A stretch of 64,000 nt of DNA from Antedon mediterranea. Its lineage: Eukaryota; Animalia; Echinodermata. Positions 54,791 through 64,000 of the stretch are shown here, piece after piece. Positions within the stretch are counted from its first letter, which is position 1. Each line of letters begins with the position of its first letter. The stretch covers positions 28,455,648-28,519,647 of the forward strand of contig NC_092673.1 of assembly GCF_964355755.1 (NCBI RefSeq), in the 5' to 3' direction. The position numbers were made by a program, and so were the translations under genes. The notes under the pieces were generated by a model that was not told the origin of the DNA, did no database searches, and saw nothing but the letters and a program-made list of their open reading frames with translations.

Positions 54791-55502
54791 GGACTGATTC
54801 TTCATCTGTCACCAAATAATGTATACAAGGATTTTATCCATTTGATGATTTCCAAATGTTATTTCTTAATTTATTCATAAAACTTTCAACAAGTATAGAT
54901 ATAGATCATTATCCTACTCATTGCTTTGAAAGTGTGTTGATATTGTGTTTTTGTACCTTAATAGCTCTGTTTTATTGTATCCTTCTTCCTCATTATCATT
55001 ATAGCTACATCATTGACATCCTGTAGGAACAAAGGTATCCTTTATTTTATCCACCATAGGCATACCAACTTTTGAACCCCAGGTTCCTATGAGAAAAACC
55101 AATTTAATATCTCTATTATTTTACAAATAATGAATATTTATGAGTTGAATGTGGATAGACAATTGACGAGGCAGTCGGGTTGAATAGGACAAGCTTTCCC
55201 CCATTCAACATACAATCACTTGATTTCTTTACTTTTTATAACATGTATAGTGTTATAGAGTAAACCAAATTATTAGTAGGCCATTCGAGAGAGAGAGCAG
55301 TATTAGATGGTACACTCTTCAGTTATGTTTCCTTTTGTACGTTATTTGGTCTAGCGCATTGCAAAGAAATCGTTAAAATAGACATTTATTATACAAGTCA
55401 TACTTTTTATAACATAACATGTATCTAATTGTAGAGTAAACTTTAACCGAATTATTAGTAGGCCATTCAATATTTGAGGACATAGCAGTTGAAGACGACG
55501 CA

Positions 55503-55540
55503 GTGAGTGAGTGAGTGAGTGAGTGAGTGAGTGAGTGAGT
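55503..55540. repeat. (GTGA)n microsatellite directly 5' of a SINE
   Basis: About 9 GTGA units. Confidence 0.95.
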
Positions 55541-55757
55541 GGCCGAGCGGTTAAGACAGTGGAACCGTGTAGGTCCAGTGTACACATAGCTCATGCGCAC
55601 TTTAAAGAACACAGTCCACACAAACACAGCCATTGTCACACACAGCCACTGTGCAAATTGGGACTGGGCCGTTTTAGAGGTGTTTACCACCTGTTGGTCC
55701 AGATCCTTCACTAACTGAGTTAGTGAGAAGTCGAATAAATAAATAAAAAATAAAAAT
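55538..55757 (+). mobile_element. tRNA-derived Deu/Nin-domain SINE, internally deleted
   Basis: A box tggccgagcgg; gtaggtcc..gcactttaaagaac core; hairpin-containing 3' end and (taaa)n tail. Confidence 0.78.
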
Positions 55758-56990
55758 TCTACAGTGTTTCCTGTGCCTAATGCCTACCGCATTAAATGCA
55801 AACAATTGTTGCTATAGACATTTAACAATATATTGTACATCAAATGGCAAGGATGCACGTAGGTGTGTTTCATAAACATTCTTATGACTTGTTGTTTTTC
55901 ATAAATTCGCACATTAAAAATTCTTTTATCAGACTTTATTGTGTTACAAAATACTCCCCCATACCTATTATTAGGTTCATAATGTGAAAACTCCCCCAGT
56001 GTGATTATAGTGTAGATTATAAAAACATTTTTTTTTGTAATCAGGCTGATAATGAAAGCCCCGATGGCCAAGTGAGGCGATGAAATGTATAGCCGACATC
56101 GTCGCAGTCGTAAGCTAGTTAGTGTTAGAATAATCTGCTGTAATGAATACCAGTAGATTGGCAATAATGGGCAAAGATGGCTTTCAATTCATGTCAAAGT
56201 GACAGATCAATATTTTCATAAATCTTTCTTTTCATTCTGAATAAATTTGCATATATTATGCAAATTTGAATATTATTAGACATTCATGATTTTAAACGAT
56301 GGTACATGATAATGTTACTGAGTATTTTCATTTTTATTGTGTTTGCCTTTGACTTCATTATCATTGTCGTTGATTGATTATTATTATTACAATGTCCTTA
56401 ATGTCAATCTCATCATCCAGATTATCATAATATAATCAATGACGTATAATCTGCAATATTTTTTAATATAATCATTATCTTTATCATCATCATCATCAAG
56501 GTTTTGCCATCGTTATTAAAATGAATTAACATTTCCTTTAAACATATATTTATAATTAATGTAACATCGTAAATGGCTATATTGATAAATGATATTAATC
56601 AGTTCATCATTATCATCTTCAATGATTATCATTTAGCAGTTTAGATTTTTTAATTTTCTTTGATTAAATACATAAGTTCATAATAACAAATGGAAAAATT
56701 CATAAACGATAATACAGAATTATTGAAATCAACAGTTAGTGTATGTGATGATCCTAGAAACTTTGAGTAACAAAATCCAAGTAAACGTTGTGATATCAAC
56801 TAAAGCTATCACCTACGGCTGTATGATATCTGTGAGTGAGGAATGTATGTCTGTTAATTTATCGAGAAAAGTACTTTGCAAAGGGTGATAAGATATGTTA
56901 TCTACAACTGTAACTAATTTATTGAAAGTAAAAAGTTCAATGTGCGAGGAGAAGAGTAATGAATTTTGAGTGAATCGATATTAGGTTTAA

Positions 56991-57124
56991 AGCTCTTTCT
57001 ACGCTATCAAAAAAAGTGTGATGTACCCAAATATGTTACTGATCTATGATGTCATTGTGTCCATATACTGTATGACCACATCACACTATTTTTGTCACAT
57101 AAAGTTTGATAGTGTAGACAGAGC
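56991..57124 (+). mobile_element. Harbinger-like MITE, family B
   Basis: agctctttctacgctatcaaa ... tttgatagtgtagacagagc. Confidence 0.82.
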
Positions 57125-57481
57125 GTCACACCACTCATCAAACATAAACTGAAGTGCCTAGATCAAAATGAGAATTTAGAATTTTAAAATAGTACTTTAC
57201 TGAATTCCGCAGAAGCGGGTCAACTATAGATAGCGTTCATTATATCTTGCACTGCATATTCTCAAAATATGGTATTATGTGGTACAAATGAGCCCTTGCG
57301 ATATTACAAAGTGTGAACAAGTGCTATGTCATTGTTAGCAGGCTTATTCATCCCCTTGACCTGCTAATGAACATCCAGTTGTGGTAAAGGTTGTGATCAA
57401 CAACAAAAAATAACAGAACTATTATGTTTAGTTTAATATGACTAGTAGACCTGGCTTTTGGGGTTCTTTTTAATCTTTGTA

Positions 57482-57808
57482 TGAGCGGTTAAGACAGTGG
57501 AACCGTAATTATGTAGCCATAACATCGCCCAGGGTCCGAGGCTCATTCGCTCCATGGTTTTGGTCTTCTCGAATAAGGAATATAACCGTAGGTCTAGTGT
57601 ACACATCTAGCTCATGTGCACTTTAAAAAACCTAGTACTGTCCATCTTTCGAGACGAGTATAGAGAGTTATCCCGGTGTACAAGTACACACACACTGTTT
57701 ATCTGTAGTTTGTGTGATTAAAATTACACATCAACTGGGCACTGTAGGAGAACAGTAGTTTATTACTGAACAGGCTTCCCAGTATAAAGAATAAAAAAAG
57801 AAATAAGT
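57482..57808 (+). mobile_element. tRNA-derived Deu/Nin-domain SINE
   Basis: Head gagcggttaagacagtggaaccgt. The core ggtcttctcgaataagga.tataaccgtaggtc...gcactttaaa...tttcgagacgagta...cccggtgt resembles the DeuSINE central domain. A-rich tail. Confidence 0.75.
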
Positions 57809-58167
57809 TATTATAGCTATTCAAAGTGTCTACTATATCTGTGCACAGTGATTTACAATCATTAGTTTACAAGCTCTATTATCATGTTGGAGGATTTACC
57901 TATTAGGCCTAAAATGTCTTTCTCTGTTAAGCACATTCTTAAGAACTTGTTCTATCAGGTGTTTTAGTTATCCCTGGATTAACATCTTGCCGGCACTGAT
58001 CATTTAGGATTTTAGCAACAATTGCTAGATAATAATATTTAACTAATAATGTTGAGATTGAGTTCAATACCATACAGAAATAGAAATTTGTTGCCAAGAA
58101 TTTAATACATACTTATTGTTGTTAATACCATACAATTCAATACATGTATTCCTTTGTAAAATTTCTT

Positions 58168-58492
58168 ATTTGAGGCTTAGGGAGTGCAGTAATTTTACTT
58201 TCCACTAAAGCTTGGTTCTCGCACTAGGATGCAACGCAATGACGTAAGCCTGCAGCGCAAACGATTGACCAATCACAAGTGACACTTCGAATAATCTATC
58301 GATTGTCATTTGTCAAATCACTTGTCACAGGTTGCATCTACATCCTTGTGTGGCGTCCTAGTGGGAACCAAGCTTAATTAATGTGCAGGACATTGTTCTA
58401 GCATGAGAAGTCGTGAGTTACAACTATGGCACTAGGTCAGGATTGAACCTTAGAAGGCAAACGTGTATAGCTACCAAGACACAGCTCCACCA
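58168..58492 (-). mobile_element. SINE family C interrupted by MITE family A
   Basis: The head (tttgccttc..ggttcaatcctgacctagtgcca) is at ~58410-58492 and the body motif cactccctaagcctcaaat at ~58168-58190, on opposite sides of the MITE. Confidence 0.65.
58209..58374. mobile_element. PIF/Harbinger-like MITE, family A
   Basis: agcttggttc..cactag ... ctagtgggaaccaagct with a TAA/TAA duplication. Confidence 0.85.
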
Positions 58493-61400
58493 TGCTGTAT
58501 CTCCTTGTTGGACCATTTGGAATACATCAACACTTACACTCATGATTTCTTGTATTGTTGAACCACTATGGGAAGAAGGAAATTATACATCAAGTTTAAT
58601 ATGATAATCAACGTTGAGTAGATATTCTGATAAAGTATTGTTTTTGGAATTATTAAAGTTCTTTTTGCTTTATGACTCTTTCCTTTGTTCAATGCCAATA
58701 GCCACCAACGCTTTTTAGCTAACACACGTTTTCAGAACAATTACATAATATTTATACTATGGGATGAGTTAATAATGCCAAAAATTGACAACCGTGCAGC
58801 AGCATCTACGTTTTAGCATTTATTAGAACATTAACAAGAATAAGTATGTATTAAATTCTTGGCAAAAAATTTCTAACAAAGGATGTAACTTAGAATCAGT
58901 TATGATCTCCTCACAGTTGTCATTTTTTAGTTACTCCTCTAATGTTAGATTAATCAGTGGATCTTGCGATACCTGTATGAGCTATATTCCTTCTCCGTGA
59001 TTTGGACTGCTGTACCTGCATACTAATCAACTGTTTTCATTTGCAGGGATAATGTTTATCGCATGTTATTATAACTGTGCATTAAAGTAGCAGATAAAAT
59101 GTTAATGTAATCTTGTATACTACTGTACCTCCTGATAATGATGTACAACCAATTAAACTCTATAACGATAACAATAACGAATAAATTACCAAAACTATTG
59201 TGTCGTAAATAATAATATTGATATACTATTCAGGGGCGTCCCTATTAATATTAGAGGTACACTTTTCCATGAAATTTATTAGGGACAATAATATGTGTTA
59301 AGATTGAAAAAATTCATCTCCTTCCAACAAATATTATTTGATAATAATTTTGTTTATGGTGAAGGAAAAAGGTTACGTTGAAACGTTTCATGCGTTATCA
59401 TCGCACTTTCTCAAGGTTGTGATGTCAGCTTGGTTTGCCAACAGTGATCATGGCATCTTCACGTGATATATGTGTTACCAGTAGGGCCAACCTCCATTAA
59501 GGGGACACTTTTGTGGGTCGTCAAGATGTGTGACCCTTTGTATGAGTGTTTTGGAAAAAGATGCTTATTTTAATGTATCGTTACTCGCCCAACAAACTTG
59601 TTTACGTTTCAACCAACATTCATTTTCGTTATTAGCTCTAGTATAAATATCTACAGTGTAGCATAAATACAGACAGGAAAAATTCAGAAATTATGTGTGG
59701 AAAATGAAGAGTGACTCACCTGAATAGATTATGTTGTCATTATCAAAATTGATAACAGTATTCAGAAATTACAAATAGACTGTTTAATCTGAAGGCCATT
59801 AGGATTTTACACTAGGTGCAATTCTATTCAGTCCTGTGAGAATATCTGTCAATCAAAATGCAAAATTCTTTGATTTATAAATCATAATAAAACTGCTATT
59901 AGGTATAATTATGAAAATCAGTATAGAGACGTTGAGGTAATTAATTTAAATGCTCATTGATATGGATAAAGCTGGCATTAGACTGCCTTGCCCATAACTA
60001 GGCTATGAATAAACAATGTATAATGCACATCCGTTTTACCAATGGATTTAATCACATTATTAATATATGAATTGTTGTAAAATTATATTTATGTTATCGT
60101 GAGCATTATAAAAATATTACACAGCATTGTTTATTTGACTTTATTTATACAGTTTTACAGAAGAAATATTTTCACCAGTGCGCTCGAACTGTAGCAAATA
60201 AAAAAAAATAGAGCTACAGTACCTTGTTCTATAAGTTACAGATGACAGTTTAAAAATCATCATCAAAAACTATCGCAATCAATTAATTTATATAAATTGT
60301 TTATGTCATTGAAATCTTAAATATTTATTAATTTAGTTTTTATTTATTTTTTTTTCTTACCAAGTGATATCAAATGTTATTTCCTTTTTTTAATCACTTT
60401 TTTTTTTCTTGTATTGAATGTTGCTTGAATGTTAATTAATACTGTCTTTTATGCGTTGCACGTATCCAGATGACGTGACATTTAAATGGTGTATTACATG
60501 ACAATTTCATTAATTGTAATCAACTGAATTTATTTACCTGATAATTCTTAAATGTCACGACAGATGCGCAAGTAATATATTAGTTTTATAGGATCAACGA
60601 CATTATCTTGCTTTTTTTGTAATAAACTTTTAAAAACTTTATACAGTATTTTACGTCTGTCACCATTTTTTGTTTCCTCCTTTAACCTTCCTCCTTTTCC
60701 TTCTGTTTTATACATTATATTTATTGTTTCCATTATCATTCCATTTTTCTATAACCGAATTGGTTTATATTTTGTTAAATGGATTTCTGTTCTTAGCAAT
60801 ATACTCAAAACACTCCATTGGCCGTTTGGCAGTAAGTAAGTGATGCTACACACCGTAGCCATAAAATCGCCACAGGTTCAAGTTCACCTCGACCATATTT
60901 CTAGTGGTAGAACATTTATTTATAAAATAATGTTGAAAATGTTGACATTATAATAGATCTTGCAATACTGTAAGTTATTCCAGATTTTTGCAAGTGATAT
61001 GTCCACAGTATCTAGTTTTGTCTTTCGGGGATGTTTCTTATAGATTTACTAGGGTTATACACTTTACATGTTGTTAAATTTGGATATCAGAGCATATTGA
61101 TGTTCAAATATTTTATTATGTTTCTATGTTCTATGTTCCGTTATTCTTCACTTTAAGAAATGTCAAATGAAGTATAAAAATACTTTGATGAACTTGTTTT
61201 AGTGATCAAGATAATCTTTCTTTGAGTATAAAAATACATCATGCTTGATGGTGTGAAAAATTTCACTGAATTAGTTCTTGAAGAACAAATGGACGATGTT
61301 TTAAATGTCTTTCTATAGAGTGTTTGAAAGCTGTCACTTTATCATTGAGGTTTATATTTGTAAAGTGTATTTTTATATTTAGCTCGATTGCGCGTCAGTC

Positions 61401-61975
61401 AGAGATGACTCGACTGCGCGTCAAAAATGACTCGTCTGCTCATCAGCGATTGAAAAATTGCAAAAAGATTGCTCATTGTTGTACACTTAGCATCGAGTGA
61501 CAGAGATAATTTAATAAATATGTCGTCATTTTCACGTGTCTTCGCACGTATCCCCCAAAGGGAGAGACATTCGAGGATCATTAACAAGTTTGGTAAGTGT
61601 GTGACCTTGACAATGCTAGGCAACGCAAGCTAAAAGCAATGAAAACATGAAACAATTAAAAGCTCAAGGTTACCTAGAAATAATTTGAGACTTATGAAAC
61701 ATATTGTAGTCTGTAAATAAAACAAAAACAAAAAATCTAAACACATTTTCATTTAAAATTCTCCTTAATGTCATGGTAAATTTATTCAACATGGGAAAAG
61801 AAAACCAGGAAGGCAGAGAACCAACTGGAGAAAGCTTGTAGTCGCCTGCGAGCCGACTGATGATGATGAAATTAATTAAAAGGTTGGGAACCCACTGAGG
61901 TAGTATGATATTACTTCCAACATGCATATTGTTTGGCTATCTGATCTTAGAAACAAAACCATGCATTTACTAATA

Positions 61976-62211
61976 CAGTAGTAGAACCCCCTTCTTTTTG
62001 CCCCCCCCCCCCCCCCCCTATTCAGGGAACGTTTGCCTCTCTCCACCCAGGTGTATAATTGGGAACCCGGTTAGATCAAGACACAACTTTGCGCTGATTA
62101 CTAGCTGCATATATGGGAGTATGTTTCCATAGGTGTTTGATCCAGCAATGACTGGGGTAATAATGTTCAGCGCATTGAAAGCTTGCTTATATGCGCTATA
62201 TAAGAATGAAC

Positions 62212-62242
<31 letters not shown>

Positions 62243-62269
62243 TAGTACACTTTTGATACACTTCTACTG
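61976..62269. mobile_element. pogo/Tc1-like MITE remnant interrupted by a SINE
   Basis: ta-cagtag..gaaccc ... cttctactg-ta ends enclose 62030-62240. Confidence 0.5.
62030..62240 (+). mobile_element. 5'-truncated CORE-type SINE with L2-like tail and (ATT)n
   Basis: ctctctccacccaggtgtataattggg core; cagcgcattga...tgcgctatataag; (tat)n tail. Confidence 0.78.
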
Positions 62270-64000
62270 TACTGGGTTACTGTTATATGCATAGATTTTG
62301 ACATTATTATTCTATGCCCATATTTAGGCACATGATGAACTAGTACTAAATTGAGGTACTAAAATGGGTTAGTATAAAGTAGGGGTTGCTATTGGATTAT
62401 AAGCAGCCATAGAGCTCTACCATAATGACTTTCATCTTATTTATATAATTATTAATATCTATTATTAATATTACCATATTTAACAATGCAATTTCATTCA
62501 TGCATTTATCCTTCACTTCATGTTACCGAATTCATGTATTTCATTGGTTACATGAATATTCTGTATATGTAGCCATCCATTATTTGGCATAACCATATTA
62601 GCTAAATTCTAAAAGTGTAATTCATCTAAAATCAGTAATAAATTATAATTAATTATTACTACTTATTATCAGTATTGTCATAGCATTTTTAATCATATTT
62701 TGCTTTTCCATAATTACTCATTCTTTATAGATTATTTCTGTTATAATTAAATTCAATAATAAAATGTATGTTGTGATAGTCTGATGGCAAAGTAGTTTTC
62801 CTATTTTAGATCATATTTATTTACTTACAAACGTCATCGATTCAATAGCCTTGAGAATTCATCTTTTTAGTCAAATCAAGATTCTAGAAATGTTTATTAA
62901 AATAAGAACATACAGGTAGAGTATTGATTGAAATTTGAGACAAGTATCTTGTTCAAAGTACTTCTGTTAATTATACTAATTGTACATGCCCTTCAGTAGG
63001 ATGGTCAACCATTAGCATAATTTACTGTCTAAAGCATTTTGTTGATATTGAAATTGCATCTAGGCAGATCCAACCCTAACATTTTGGAAACTACAATGCA
63101 AACGATAGGATGTTGTCTTAAGTTTTGTGTTTAATTTCACATTTAGTCCCTCAAACCAACCCCTCCCACCTCCTCTCCCTTTCTAATTTCAAAATCCAGA
63201 ATCTCTCACTGTATTAATTAATGTTATGATACCGTAGCTTTTATGTGCATTTCTTAAGTTTTTTTTGTTGTATTTTTCAGCTTCATACTGTCTCAATCTC
63301 ACCTGTTTTTAGAGGTTTTTATCTTGATTATGGATATTTTAAATTCAGGTGCATGTTGTTGCCCAAAGGAATAAGCATTGATCAAGAGTAAACCATACAT
63401 TATATAATTAGACTAGCATCAGACTGGAACCCTTGACCTTTTGATTATAAAGACACTGCTTTAAATCATCGAACCGTACTTCATTCAGTTTTTGTTAAAA
63501 TATTCTGGTAAATTCACAATATATTTTTTTAAACGCGGCGTTAATTGCATGTGGAAATTAATGAACTCATCTTCGATATCCTGTTATCATATGTTTTATT
63601 CATTTTTTGAAGTATACTAGAAAAGAAACATATTGTTGATTAAGGCAATATAATATCTAATATTCCATTTACCACTCTAATGCAAACTCTTTCATTTGTT
63701 ATTCATTTGTTATATTCATTATTAACAAAATTCAATTTGTTTTGTTGTTCCGTCGACGAGGAATTCCCACATGGGGTGCGTTGACTAAGGTGCCGCGCCA
63801 ACAAGAACGTGTATTTGGTTAATGAACATCTTAATAAGGAAACAAACAGATATGTAATTTCAATATATACACAAGCTGTTAATACTGTGTAGAAAATAGG
63901 AGTCATGGTTTTTAGGTGTTGAACTTGCGAACTATCATTTGTGTGAAAACCAATTCTAATTTGAAATGGGAGTTTACAAAACTGTAAAAGTAATGAAAGT

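Larger units (their letters stand above)
58081..58875. mobile_element. Unclassified TIR element with 46-bp inverted repeats, hosting a nested SINE and MITE
   Basis: tagaaatttgttgccaagaatttaatacatacttattgttgttaat (58081-58126) matches the reverse complement of 58830-58875 with 2 mismatches. Confidence 0.7.

Noticed and set aside
37630-59720. Scattered AP-1 sites (TGAGTCA/TGACTCA)
   Set aside because: About seven were seen, roughly what base composition predicts for a window this size.
61380-61460. CTGATGAG on the minus strand as a hammerhead core
   Set aside because: No stem II followed by GAAA; only a short CpG-rich duplicated motif.
8926-63906. Remaining 60-130 aa ORFs in the track
   Set aside because: F/I/L/K/Y-rich composition typical of random AT-rich DNA, many with non-ATG starts or overlapping repeats, and no domain motifs.

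Overview
AT-rich eukaryotic (animal) genomic DNA, mostly non-coding and dense in transposon debris. No prokaryotic genes, rRNA, true tRNA or CRISPR can be supported. The repeat complement (Academ, Helentron-type, Harbinger-like MITEs, Deu/Nin- and CORE-type SINEs) suggests a marine invertebrate, possibly an echinoderm (inference). Main contents: (1) 1-7234, a 144-bp tandem array whose purine-rich minus strand generates all the repetitive ORFs; a textbook minus-strand 3' splice site sits right at its edge. (2) 14942-19120, a 4.2-kb foldback derivative of an Academ DNA transposon: TAG..CTA ends, AAA TSD, 1.6-1.8 kb inverted arms that include transposase coding remnants, and a PIN/XPG-like nuclease remnant in the spacer. 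(3) Many MITEs, SINEs and small tandem repeats, several of them nested. (4) One convincing host coding exon (50334-50775, +), rich in basophilic phospho-motifs and ending at a GT donor. Most other ORFs in the track look spurious. No database searches were run; family calls rest on recognisable motifs.
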